The notes beneath the pieces are model-generated. The model worked only from the letters and a program-made list of their open reading frames with translations. It made no database searches and was not told where the DNA came from. From the NCBI GenBank assembly GCA_023379805.1, contig JAMCPI010000012.1, forward strand, positions 95,777-159,776: a stretch of DNA of 64,000 nt, written 5' to 3'. The position numbers and the translations under genes were made by a program. Shown in pieces: positions 55,574 to 64,000 of this stretch; position 1 is the first letter of the stretch; each line of letters begins with the position of its first letter. This DNA is from Nitrososphaerota archaeon (GTDB lineage Archaea; Thermoproteota; Nitrososphaeria; Nitrososphaerales; JACPRH01).

Positions 55574-56875
55574 TCACTTCTGTTTTTCTGCTGTCTTTAC
55601 ATCGAATAGTTCGCGGAGTAACGCAATTCTCTCATCATCTTTGTCAAGCTCTCTGCTTCTTAGATTCAGGAGCGGGTGAAGCATCATCTGCTCCATCAGT
55701 GTTCTTGATAAATCGTCCATTACCTTCTGGCAGTGACCGCACTTCTCTTCACTCGGATCTGTCTTCATCAGGCAGTACGCCTTCTTGAGCTCTCGCTGCC
55801 TAATCTCATTCGCTTTTCTACTGACCGCGCTGATAAGCGGCTCAACATCAGCCTGCTTCTCTGAAACGGCTAGACGCTCCATCTCCTTCTGAATCATCGC
55901 TTCGGCTTTGCTTGCTTCTTGGAGACGCATCTTCAGGTTTGCATCCGCTATTTCTCTTAGGTTATCGATGTTGCGGAGCTCCACTCCAGAAATCGTTCCA
56001 ACCTCTTTCTCGACAGCCCTAGGGTTCGAGAGATCCATTATGAGGAGGTTGCTGGCAGCGTTGCCTCTGAGCTTCATCGACTCTTTGACCTTCTCCTCGG
56101 TTAGAACATAGTGTGGGGCTGCTGTAGTGACGATTGCAATATCTACTCCGGCGAGGGACTCGATGAGCTTATCAAACTTCACTGCTTCTGCGTTCAGCAT
56201 CTTCGCGAGAGATGCGGCTCTCTCATAGGTTCGGTTAGCCACGAAGATGAATGCGAGGCTCTTCGCCGCTAATGCTTTGCCTGTTAATGCTCCGATGCGG
56301 CCTGCCCCAATAATGAGTACCTTTTTGCCGTGGATGTCTCCAGCCACTTCTTCAAGCAGGTTAACTGCGATTGAGCCGATGGAGACTGCTCCTTTGTTAA
56401 TGTTGGTTTCGACACGTACCACTTTACCCATCTTCACGGCGCGACCGAATACTTTTCTCAGCACCGCTCCAGATGCACCGCACTCATTCGCCTTATCGAA
56501 AGCATCCTGTATCTGACCTAAAATCTGGTCTTCACCAACAATCATCGACTCCAAACCTGATGCTAGTCTCATCAGGTGATGAATAGCATCTGCGCCGTAG
56601 GCTACCTCTAGGTAACCGTTGAAGTCCTCTTTATTGAAACCGGCTCTCATCCGCCAGCAGTCGGCGACAGATTTCGCCGTGGTTGCAGTCATGCCTTCTG
56701 AGACTGAGAGATATATCTCAACGCGGTTGCAGGTCTGAAGTATCAGGCACTCATCTATGCCTTTGACCATCTGTATCTCTTTAGAGGTTTTCTCAACGTC
56801 TTTGAAGCCGATTGCTTCCAGCACAGGGATAGGTGCTTTTTTATGGGTGATTCTGAGGTTGATTATATTTCCCAT
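55574..56875 (-). CDS. hemA: Glutamyl-tRNA reductase
   Basis: ITHKKAPIPVLE...LQTCNRVEIY...GAGRIG motifs. The track ORF starts at 56950, but M26 (56875) aligns with the usual HemA N-terminus. Confidence 0.9.
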   Translation of the reverse strand: MGNIINLRITHKKAPIPVLEAIGFKDVEKTSKEIQMVKGIDECLILQTCNRVEIYLSVSEGMTATTAKSVADCWRMRAGFNKEDFNGYLEVAYGADAIHHLMRLASGLESMIVGEDQILGQIQDAFDKANECGASGAVLRKVFGRAVKMGKVVRVETNINKGAVSIGSIAVNLLEEVAGDIHGKKVLIIGAGRIGALTGKALAAKSLAFIFVANRTYERAASLAKMLNAEAVKFDKLIESLAGVDIAIVTTAAPHYVLTEEKVKESMKLRGNAASNLLIMDLSNPRAVEKEVGTISGVELRNIDNLREIADANLKMRLQEASKAEAMIQKEMERLAVSEKQADVEPLISAVSRKANEIRQRELKKAYCLMKTDPSEEKCGHCQKVMDDLSRTLMEQMMLHPLLNLRSRELDKDDERIALLRELFDVKTAEKQK

Positions 56876-57124
56876 TTCTCGAGCAGTTAGGAAGCGGTCA
56901 TTACCTTGCAAAAAAGACTCCTCCTTGATCAACGGTGTATCTTCGGACAATCATCTGACTGTTTAGGTTTTCTATGCGCCGACCCCTAACGCTGCAGTTC
57001 TCCTTTTTACCGGTTTTATCTGCGAAGTGTTTCGACTTTAATGAGGCGCGTGGATGCGTTGAGAACATTAGTCTGAACATGCGGCCGGTGGCTATTTACT
57101 TATTTCGTATAAACTTTTCATATT

Positions 57125-57141
57125 ATTGCGGATTCCGCAAT
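57125..57141. promoter_or_regulatory. Perfect 8+1+8 palindrome between lrp stop and heme-operon promoter region
   Basis: ATTGCGGA-T-TCCGCAAT. On the minus strand it lies 12 nt downstream of the lrp stop and upstream of the AT-rich TTTATACGAAATAAG segment that precedes hemA. Confidence 0.35.
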
Positions 57142-57152
57142 TATACCCGCCT

Positions 57153-57605
57153 CTAAAGTTTGAATATCGGATTCGACTTGAGAAACTCGGTGGTCACCGA
57201 GATTCTTACATCCTCAACTCCCTCAAGCATCTTAATCCCCTTTACAAGGGCGTTAAAATGCTGCATATCATGCGCATAGATAACTGCGATAACGTCATAC
57301 TCTCCTGTGCTTCTGTAGATGTAAGATATCTCTGTGTATTCTATCAGTGTAGAGACGATGTCATCAGTGTGCGTAGGGTTGAGCTTGAGCAGAATTGCAC
57401 CGCTTACAGTGAACCCGATCTTAGTTGGGTTAAGAAAGGCGACGAAAGCACTGATTACTCCCTCTTTAACCAGCCGTTTAACTCGGAACCGGACGGTCGC
57501 CTCCGCAGTTCCGTACTTCTTAGCTATATCGGAGTAGGATGTTCTAGCGTCTCTTTGAAGCATGTTCAAAATGGCTCGGTCTAGGTCATCAAGGCGAACA
57601 GACAC
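57153..57605 (-). CDS. Lrp/AsnC-family transcription regulator
   Basis: 150 aa. LDRAILNMLQRDARTSYSDIAKKYGTAEATVRFRVKRL HTH plus a RAM domain. Confidence 0.85.
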   Translation of the reverse strand: MSVRLDDLDRAILNMLQRDARTSYSDIAKKYGTAEATVRFRVKRLVKEGVISAFVAFLNPTKIGFTVSGAILLKLNPTHTDDIVSTLIEYTEISYIYRSTGEYDVIAVIYAHDMQHFNALVKGIKMLEGVEDVRISVTTEFLKSNPIFKL

Positions 57606-57664
57606 TCCACTATCTTCTCCGACGCTACAGCTGTTTTACCCTAGTTCCTTTTGAACCTTTACCA

Positions 57665-58273
57665 TTATCGGCGCAAAAAGTGGCTTTGACGCCGCGCATC
57701 GCTCACTCTCCACCTGAGGTAGAGGCCGAAGGCAACGCCGAGGAACAGCCCGCCTAGATGGGCTCCATGCGCGATCCCGGAGGTGTCGAAGAGCCCGATA
57801 TAGTCAAGCAGACCCCAGAGAACCGCTGCAACGACCATAGGAAGCGGTATGATGCCGTAGATGAAGATCAGCATCAGCGGCGCGAGAGTAGCGAGGGTGC
57901 CAATTACACCGTAAATGGCTCCGGACGCACCGATAGCAGGGGTCATAGGATCGCTGGCCGTGAGCATGTAACCGACGTTCCCAACTACTCCCGAAGCGAT
58001 GAAGAGCATTGCAAAGGCCTTATGCCCAATCATCCGTTCTAGGCTCATTCCCATGAAGAACAACGCAAGCATGTTGAAGAGAAGATGCTCGACACCGGAG
58101 TGAAGAAAGATGGATGTGACGAACATCCAAGGCATATTTACAGCCAGCGCGGGAAAGAACGCAAAGTAAATCCAAAGATCAGTAAACTGCTGAATAACGA
58201 AACAGACAACTGCCACCGCAATAAAGATGAACGTCCACTTCGGCGTCTCAGCCTGCAACTCAATCGACTCCAC
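57665..58273 (-). CDS. Rhomboid-family intramembrane serine protease
   Basis: 202 aa with six TM helices. HLLFNM, GASGAIYG (catalytic Ser) and AHGAHLGG (catalytic His) motifs. Confidence 0.9.
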   Translation of the reverse strand: MESIELQAETPKWTFIFIAVAVVCFVIQQFTDLWIYFAFFPALAVNMPWMFVTSIFLHSGVEHLLFNMLALFFMGMSLERMIGHKAFAMLFIASGVVGNVGYMLTASDPMTPAIGASGAIYGVIGTLATLAPLMLIFIYGIIPLPMVVAAVLWGLLDYIGLFDTSGIAHGAHLGGLFLGVAFGLYLRWRVSDARRQSHFLRR

Positions 58274-58320
58274 TACACCGAAGCCGTTTCTTTAAAGATT
58301 GCCGGCAAAATCCTTTCTTC

Positions 58321-58776
58321 TTAGATCAAGCTCTGCCCAAGCTTCCTGAACGCATCCTCCGCCATACGCCTATGATCAAAGGCAATATCCAGCTCTGCGA
58401 GCTCCTCCTTATCGAAAGCATTCACCTCACTCACATTATGACCCGGCTGCTCCTCACCACCAGATATGCCGCAGAGATAGGTCAGAGCAATCACATGCTC
58501 GCGAGCATCTCGAGCAGGGTCATCGTAAACTCCTACTAGGTCGCCGGTGAGCGACCCAGTTAACAACCTAATTTCGAAACCGATCTTCATCTTCGCCAGC
58601 CTCTTCATCGCATCCTCAACCCGCTCTCCAACCATCAACCTCCCACCGGGAAGATGCCACCTACCTCCCTCGAACACATCAGTCTTCCTCTTCGCCAAAA
58701 CCACCTTACCGTCAGGAGTCAATATCACCGGGTTAAGATCTATATGCGCGTAATCCTGCTGTTGCTTCTCGCCCAT
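58321..58776 (-). CDS. Nudix-fold protein with degenerate Nudix box
   Basis: 151 aa. GGRLMVGERVEDAMKRLAKMKIGFE aligns to G-x5-E-x7-REUxEExGU, but reads RL for RE and MK for EE. Confidence 0.7.
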   Translation of the reverse strand: MGEKQQQDYAHIDLNPVILTPDGKVVLAKRKTDVFEGGRWHLPGGRLMVGERVEDAMKRLAKMKIGFEIRLLTGSLTGDLVGVYDDPARDAREHVIALTYLCGISGGEEQPGHNVSEVNAFDKEELAELDIAFDHRRMAEDAFRKLGQSLI

Positions 58777-58884
58777 ACCCTGAAGAATATCTCCACACCG
58801 ATTTAACGTTAAATTGGATCCTAAAGCAGTAGTGTTAGTAAAGTTGAAAAGTCTCGAGGTGGTGAAGAGACTACTGAACTGTCC

Positions 58885-59319
58885 ATGATGCCGCTGCTCT
58901 CCAGCGCCGCCATCTTCTCCCCGGCTGGACTGGTAGTGGTAGTGGTTGGACTCATCATTATCTGGGCTGTCCTCTCTCTTCCAGTCTATATCGCAGCTAA
59001 GGTTGTAACCGGCGGTAAAGCGACACTCCTCGCAGCTATGGGTGCTACCCTTCTCGGTCCCATCGTCTATTTCATCACAGCTATACTGGCCGCCTTCTCT
59101 ATAGGTGCAGTACTCGGCTTCACTGCTGCACCCATTGCGCTTGTCATAGCCTTCATCGCGTGGCTTGCAGTATACAAAGCAGCATTCTCAACAGGTTGGC
59201 TCGGCGCATTACTCATAGCGGTTATCGCGGCAATAGTGTTCGTCATTATCGCTCTCATAATCACCGCTTTACTTGGACCTGCTGTTCCAAACGGCTTCTT
59301 CGACGTAAAGTCCTTCTAG
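58885..59319 (+). CDS. Polytopic membrane protein
   Basis: 144 aa with four hydrophobic helices. No recognisable motif. Confidence 0.45.
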   Translation: MMPLLSSAAIFSPAGLVVVVVGLIIIWAVLSLPVYIAAKVVTGGKATLLAAMGATLLGPIVYFITAILAAFSIGAVLGFTAAPIALVIAFIAWLAVYKAAFSTGWLGALLIAVIAAIVFVIIALIITALLGPAVPNGFFDVKSF

Positions 59320-59349
59320 CGCGCTGAGAGAACGCCCGCCTGTTCTCTG

Positions 59350-59979
59350 CTACTTTTGGAGTGGAGCGATAGCGTCTTTGATGTCTTGTTGTATCCGCGC
59401 GACCCAGTAGGCGTCGAATTTTCTGAGGTCATCGTTAATCTGCCAAGTCAGCGAGAAGCCTTTGTTTAGCTCTGTAGCCGCTTCAGATGCTGTCATCTGC
59501 GGCTTGCTTTTGAGGTTGTCAAGCCACGCGAAGTGCTGCTTGTAGTCTCTGAGAAGGTTGTCAATCATTGGCTGAAGCTCCGGATCGAACCGTTTCGCCT
59601 CCGGCATCACGTCTTGCCATAGCGCCAGCTCATCGTCAAAGCTGCTCGTAGTCGTGTTGATCTGCTTATACATCTTCGCTAGAAATGCTCGATCAACTTC
59701 AAGTCTCTCAGATTTACTTGAGATATTGTTCAACCGGTCGGAGAGTTGACGGTAAAGCACCGTTTGGTTCGCCAGCTCCGCCTCCAATCCTTGAGTCCTG
59801 TTACCCGCTTCACTCAGCTTCGCCTCAAGACTAGAGACCTGCTGTTTATACCCGTCCATCTGAGGCTGATAGTACAGGACAGACAAGCCGTATGCGGCGC
59901 CAGCTGTGATAACTACTGCTGCAACAAACCCTGCGATAAGTAGCCTGCTTGACATAGCCCGGTAATGAAACGCCGCCAC
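59350..59979 (-). CDS. N-terminally anchored coiled-coil protein
   Basis: 209 aa. A single TM (LLIAGFVAAVVITAGAAYGL) followed by a heptad-rich segment. Confidence 0.4.
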   Translation of the reverse strand: MAAFHYRAMSSRLLIAGFVAAVVITAGAAYGLSVLYYQPQMDGYKQQVSSLEAKLSEAGNRTQGLEAELANQTVLYRQLSDRLNNISSKSERLEVDRAFLAKMYKQINTTTSSFDDELALWQDVMPEAKRFDPELQPMIDNLLRDYKQHFAWLDNLKSKPQMTASEAATELNKGFSLTWQINDDLRKFDAYWVARIQQDIKDAIAPLQK

Positions 59980-60033
59980 TTAATAACATGCCTAACTAAC
60001 TCAGATGAAGTACCCTTGCCGATCGCTAAAGAG

Positions 60034-60429
60034 CTAAACCGGTTCTGCTGGGTGTCTTCCACGCCAGAAGTAAATCGGCAACAGGATTACTAGTGTGATT
60101 TGAAGCGCTGAGCCTCCTATGAACGTTAAGCATGGAAGCGGATTAACACTGTTTATGAGCGTATAATGCCTCGGCTCAGGCAACGACACTAGTAGCGTGA
60201 TGATTACGAGTATAAACGCAACTGAATATGCTTCTCTTCTACCTGCGACCACCGCTACGGCTGTGAAAAGATAAGCTACCCATCCGGTGAGAAGTGCATA
60301 GACAATCTGCTGAGGAACAATTCCTGATATCTGTGCGATAAAGAGAACGCCTAATGCTACCGAAAGATAGATCGCTAAATCGATCAGCCGTCTCAATCGC
60401 TTCTGCGTTACCAAACGGGGTCTCTCCAT
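60034..60429 (-). CDS. Four-TM membrane protein
   Basis: 131 aa with four hydrophobic helices. Confidence 0.4.
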   Translation of the reverse strand: MERPRLVTQKRLRRLIDLAIYLSVALGVLFIAQISGIVPQQIVYALLTGWVAYLFTAVAVVAGRREAYSVAFILVIITLLVSLPEPRHYTLINSVNPLPCLTFIGGSALQITLVILLPIYFWRGRHPAEPV

Positions 60430-60556
60430 TCTACCCGTCAGTATGATACATTGGGCTACAAGTTGTTTGCCGTAGCATCACTAAGTATGGCTTCATTTTT
60501 ACCTATTAATTTGATTTACCTAGGTATTAGTTCAACGCTGGATTCGGTTAATTTGT

Positions 60557-61279
60557 CTAATCGTATCCTTCGAACTCTTCCGTCCTAACGTTGTCTTCGT
60601 CTATTCCTCCTTCTACCAGCATCTTTTGCATCGCCTCTACCATCCCAGGGGGACCTGCTATGTAGTATATCGGAGTGGCGAGGTCTGGAACATGCTTCTT
60701 CAACATCTCTATGTTGATGCGACCTGTCTCGCCTCGCCAACTTGGGTCTTTCTCTATCCTGGTCATAGTTGCGATTAGTTTGAGGTTCCGGTTTTCTTTC
60801 TCTAGGTTCTGAAGGTCTTTAAGGAACGCTGCGTCCTCAGGTTTTTGATCCGAGTAGAACAGATACATGGTGTGCGGTAGCTTCTCCTTTGTTGCCTGTT
60901 TAGTTATGCTGTAGAACGGAGTGACACCTATGCCGCCTGCGAGGAACACTGCTGGTTTAGACGCGTCTTTGTGGAGGCGGAAGGAGCCTGATGGGCCTTC
61001 CAGTTCAACTTCTGCACCTAATGCCATTGTCTTTAGCGAGCGTTTGAACGCGGTGTCACGCATTCTGGTGGTGATGGTGAGGTTGTCTTCAAAGGGGGCG
61101 CTGGAAAGAGTATATGTGCGGGTGTTGCCTTCTTCATCCGTTTCTGGCGGGTTGATTAAGGTGATGTCAACATGTTGTCCCGCCTTATGTTGGAACCCTC
61201 TTGGCTTTTCGAAGTCGAAGGACATTGTGGCAAAACATACCTCTTTTCTTCCTGTTAAACGGGTCTTGTAGTCAGCCAT
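60557..61279 (-). CDS. Ferredoxin-NADP reductase-like FAD/NAD(P)-binding oxidoreductase
   Basis: 240 aa. RTYTLSS (RxYS FAD motif), GPSGSF and FLAGGIGVTPF (NAD(P) motif). Confidence 0.8.
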   Translation of the reverse strand: MADYKTRLTGRKEVCFATMSFDFEKPRGFQHKAGQHVDITLINPPETDEEGNTRTYTLSSAPFEDNLTITTRMRDTAFKRSLKTMALGAEVELEGPSGSFRLHKDASKPAVFLAGGIGVTPFYSITKQATKEKLPHTMYLFYSDQKPEDAAFLKDLQNLEKENRNLKLIATMTRIEKDPSWRGETGRINIEMLKKHVPDLATPIYYIAGPPGMVEAMQKMLVEGGIDEDNVRTEEFEGYD

Positions 61280-61722
61280 CTAAACAATCAACTTCTTCTC
61301 TTCCTTATTCGAGATTTAGCGCATATAGCTCTGCTGGGCTTAATGCGGATGATCTAGTCATAATGAGAATCGTTCGTTTAATATGGTTCGAATGATATAA
61401 GTTTGGTGGGTATACATGGAAAATTTTTGTAATTAATTCATTCCAGTTTTATAGATTATTATTTCTCATTTAATTCACATATTTTAATCCGAATCGAAAA
61501 TAGGATGCGGTATGTTGATATAATTTGACGAATAGTACTTAACTATTTATGCGGATAGTTTAATATGAACCTCTAGCCTATTATTTGGAAGCCTTCTATA
61601 TTGAGGTTGTGGAGTCTGACCGCTGCTAATCTTAACATTTCTGGGCATCAAGTTATCATGCGGGGTCAGGAAGAACTCGAGGTCTTCTTGACAAATACCG
61701 TGGATGGGGAGTTGGATTAGGG

Positions 61723-62058
61723 TTGAAAAGTCAGTGTGTTTCACGAACCTACCGTGACCAAATTGAGATAATTGAGAATATTCTAACTAAGACAGGAAAT
61801 GGTTGTCGAAAGACCCGCATTATGTATGCCGCGAACCTAAGCAGTAGCCAGATGAGACGGTATCTTACGCTACTGGTGGATGCGAAGTGCCTTCTGTTTG
61901 AGCCTGAGGAACGGTTATTCATGATGACACCTAAAGGATCCGAGCTGCTCCAAGCTATCCATGAAATCGCACGTGCAAAAGAGAATCTTCATAGATCAAA
62001 AGAAAAACTTAGGTCGTTAATCGACATCAGAACTCTAGCGTACATCGATTCAGAGTAG
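61723..62058 (+). CDS. Sso10a-like winged-helix DNA-binding protein with C-terminal coiled coil
   Basis: 111 aa with a TTG start. IEIIENILTKTGNGCRKTRIMYAANLSSSQMRRYLTLLVDAKCL...TPKGSELLQAIHEI parallels the Sso10a pattern I recall. Confidence 0.65.
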   Translation: MKSQCVSRTYRDQIEIIENILTKTGNGCRKTRIMYAANLSSSQMRRYLTLLVDAKCLLFEPEERLFMMTPKGSELLQAIHEIARAKENLHRSKEKLRSLIDIRTLAYIDSE

Positions 62059-62287
62059 CAAACAGTAATCGTTAAGCCGTCTGTGCGTAGTTGTTTGCTT
62101 GGATACAGGTGTAGTTATAGGTATAACTACAGATCTTTCAGCCTGTTGTTATAGAAAAAAAATGCAGAACTTGTTTACACTTGGGTTCTTCAAATTGTAA
62201 AGTATTAATCGACTGCAATTAAAGGTGAATCTGGTGCTGTTTGTTGCGTAATACTATAATTACAGTTCTCTGCTAAACTGCTATGAA

Positions 62288-62710
62288 ATGTCTACAAAAC
62301 TCCCACCGATTAACAGTTGGGACAGTATTAATCTCAAGGGGCCGCCAAGCATGACCGCGAATATTAGAAACCGTAAGAACCGTCGTCAAGCCGACATCGT
62401 TGCGGATATTCTAAGAGTCTGCTGTGAAGGAGATGCGAAAACTCACATAATGTACAAGGCTGGTCTCAGCTACCCGCTGCTCAAGAAATACCTCAGTCTA
62501 CTGATGGACAAGCGGCTAATCCTGCAGGACGGCGACCAGTACCGGATAACCGAGCTGGGACAAAACTATCTCGAGATCTACGGAGAAATCGGGAAAACCC
62601 AGACCATCCTACAGCAGCGAGAGGAGGATATGCAACGGCTATTCTGCTCAACCACCGCCGTTCCCGAAGACGAGTTCTACCGAGGCATAACCACCAGACC
62701 CAAAGAATAG
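62288..62710 (+). CDS. Sso10a-like winged-helix DNA-binding protein, paralog
   Basis: 140 aa. IVADILRVCCEGDAKTHIMYKAGLSYPLLKKYLSLLMDKRLILQDGDQYRITELGQNYLEIYGEI. Confidence 0.65.
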   Translation: MSTKLPPINSWDSINLKGPPSMTANIRNRKNRRQADIVADILRVCCEGDAKTHIMYKAGLSYPLLKKYLSLLMDKRLILQDGDQYRITELGQNYLEIYGEIGKTQTILQQREEDMQRLFCSTTAVPEDEFYRGITTRPKE

Positions 62711-62834
62711 CTTTCCACCCCATTTCCCTCTCTTTCCCCAATTCAAGCGGCGCAAGGCTCACGGGATCCGAATGCCCTAGAGGCTAGCTGATGCTACGCT
62801 ACGAGTGAAGAGATCCAGGAATGTACTGTGTATC

Positions 62835-63512
62835 TTATTTTTTCACGATTATGTATCTGGGGTAGAACCGTCCGCTTCTCCTGATTTCTCCTTTCGATTC
62901 AAGGATCTTGCATCTATTTACAACCTCTGAGGCCGGAATATCTCTTCCAAGGGTCTTTGAGACCTGCTTCGTAAGATCTGCGATATGCTTCTCCGAGCCG
63001 TCTTCTAAAGCTTTCAAGACTGCTTCGTCAAGATCCTTCAACTGCTTCTCCACCCCCTCAGTATCCTTCTTCACTAGAAGCCTAGGGCCTGTGACTGGCA
63101 TCTCACTCGGAAACATAGAGAAGTGTTCATGAACTATCTTCCACGCTGACCCAGACCTAGATCGAGCCAGAACCATTGACACTCTGGATCTGATGTCGAA
63201 GCTCTTCTTCCTTATTGTACCGTTATAACCGAAGTAGAACGAAACCCAAGCAAAGTCACCTTTAACCTTCACCGCAAAATCATCCAGCTTATAGCTGTAC
63301 TCCTCCAAAACCTTAATCGCATCATCCTCGCCTCGAAGAGCCTCTTCCCCCTCCATACGTGTACCAGGCGGCCAATCATCAAACTTTGAGTACAGACTCG
63401 CGTCAATAGATTCTCGTATAAGCTCAGGTTTCTTCAGCTTAATACCGTCTATCCTTCGCCGAACTACCTCTTCAATAACTGAAGGATCATCGTTATTCGC
63501 CTTCTCGCTCAT
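62835..63512 (-). CDS. NTF2/SnoaL-like (DUF4440-type) domain protein with C-terminal wHTH-like domain
   Basis: 225 aa. ...FAWVSFYFGYNG...SRVSMVLARSRSGSAWKIVHEHFS is a cone-shaped alpha+beta barrel pattern. The C-terminus LKALEDGSEKHIADLTKQVS...VVNRCKILESKGEI is wHTH-like. Confidence 0.45.
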   Translation of the reverse strand: MSEKANNDDPSVIEEVVRRRIDGIKLKKPELIRESIDASLYSKFDDWPPGTRMEGEEALRGEDDAIKVLEEYSYKLDDFAVKVKGDFAWVSFYFGYNGTIRKKSFDIRSRVSMVLARSRSGSAWKIVHEHFSMFPSEMPVTGPRLLVKKDTEGVEKQLKDLDEAVLKALEDGSEKHIADLTKQVSKTLGRDIPASEVVNRCKILESKGEIRRSGRFYPRYIIVKK

Positions 63513-63661
63513 CTGCTGCTGTCACCACCGCTACTACCTGTTTTCAGATGATCGTCAGAAACTCAAAGAGGTATATGTGTATCGCAGAGCACCGCGTTAG
63601 TCTGCCTATGCTGCTTGACTAAGACACACTACTGATTATTCGGGACGTAACTAGCAGCTTC

Positions 63662-64000
63662 TCAGCGGCGGTATCGTCGTTGCTGCTGGTGTTGCTGTTG
63701 CTGTTGCTGTTGCTGTTGTTGGTGTTGTCGCCGACGTTGCCATCTCGGGCCGGATTTAGATTGTCTGAATCCTCTTGATCTGCGTCGGTTGTCGTCTCTT
63801 CCTCTTCTCCGCTCTATTCTGTTGCTGTATTGTGTGTGCGAGCCAGATGGGGCTGTTTTTTCATCTTCCGGTCTAAGTGGCTTGATTTCTGCTTTGGTTA
63901 GGCTGCGTATGTGTACGAAGTCACCGTATTCTCTTTCGGAGACTAATGTGAATGCTTTTCCTGTGTCACCTGCTCTGGCGGTTCGCCCGACGCGATGGAA
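63662..64000 (-). CDS. DEAD-box RNA helicase, 3' end (partial, continues beyond the window)
   Basis: The reverse frame from 64000 reads FHRVGRTARAGDTGKAFTLV... (motif VI HRxGRTxRAG), then an R/Q-rich tail. The stop is the complement of tca at 63662-63664. Confidence 0.8.
   Translation of the reverse strand, partial: FHRVGRTARAGDTGKAFTLVSEREYGDFVHIRSLTKAEIKPLRPEDEKTAPSGSHTQYSNRIERRRGRDDNRRRSRGFRQSKSGPRWQRRRQHQQQQQQQQQQHQQQRRYRR
63680..63730. repeat. Hexanucleotide microsatellite (GTTGCT)n within the helicase tail
   Basis: gttgctgctggtgttgctgttgctgttgctgttgctgttgttggtgttg encodes a poly-Q run on the minus strand. Confidence 0.85.

Noticed and set aside
1-64000. CRISPR arrays, rRNA genes, transposases/integrases and toxin-antitoxin pairs.
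   Set aside because: Reading both strands, I saw no regularly spaced direct repeats, no rRNA-like sequence, no DDE/tyrosine-recombinase motifs, and no paired small ORFs of toxin-antitoxin architecture.

Overview
This window looks like archaeal chromosome, probably from a TACK/Thermoproteota-type lineage. The markers are a CdvA-like division protein, archaeal-type PEP carboxylase, deoxyhypusine synthase, Sso10a-like wHTH proteins and the siroheme-dependent alternative heme pathway. All family calls rest on motifs read by eye in the supplied translations; no searches were run.

- **2.7-25.8 kb:** a dense tetrahydromethanopterin (H4MPT)/methanofuran (MFR) C1 island. It holds fwdDBAC, ftr, mch, an MtdA/B-type NAD(P) methylene-H4MPT dehydrogenase and an F420-type Mer. 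These are interleaved with H4MPT biosynthesis genes (DHPS-like, MptD, MptE, RimK/MptN-like, HisA/F-like) and MFR biosynthesis genes (MfnB, MfnD-, MfnF-, MfnE-like, plus a CofE-like ligase). No mcr or mtr genes are present.
- **About 7 kb downstream:** an exported, C-terminally anchored PQQ-type beta-propeller dehydrogenase.
- **48.4-57.0 kb:** a heme cluster with hemA, hemL, hemC, cobA, a hemD-ahb fusion, a second ahbA/B and two NirJ-like radical SAM genes.
- **Elsewhere:** a putative metal-sensing locus (Lrp-TRASH regulator, CxxCH protein, CC/HH membrane protein), a tandem pair of Pol-beta-type nucleotidyltransferases, H+-PPase, tRNA-Cys, secreted proteases (G1, S8), two large secreted repeat proteins, msrB/msrA, rhomboid, a Nudix-like protein, an FNR-like reductase and the 3' end of a DEAD-box helicase.

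The sequence-level oddities I consider most worth following up:
- A roughly 70-nt conserved, apparently structured intergenic element present twice.
- An apparent 2-nt deletion exactly in the catalytic Cys codon of msrB, which creates an artificial MsrB-MsrA fusion ORF.
- A nucleotidyltransferase paralog whose conserved N-terminus has ATT where its neighbour has the start codon.
- An in-frame domain fragment lying after a stop codon.
- Unannotated small C2H2 zinc-finger ORFs.
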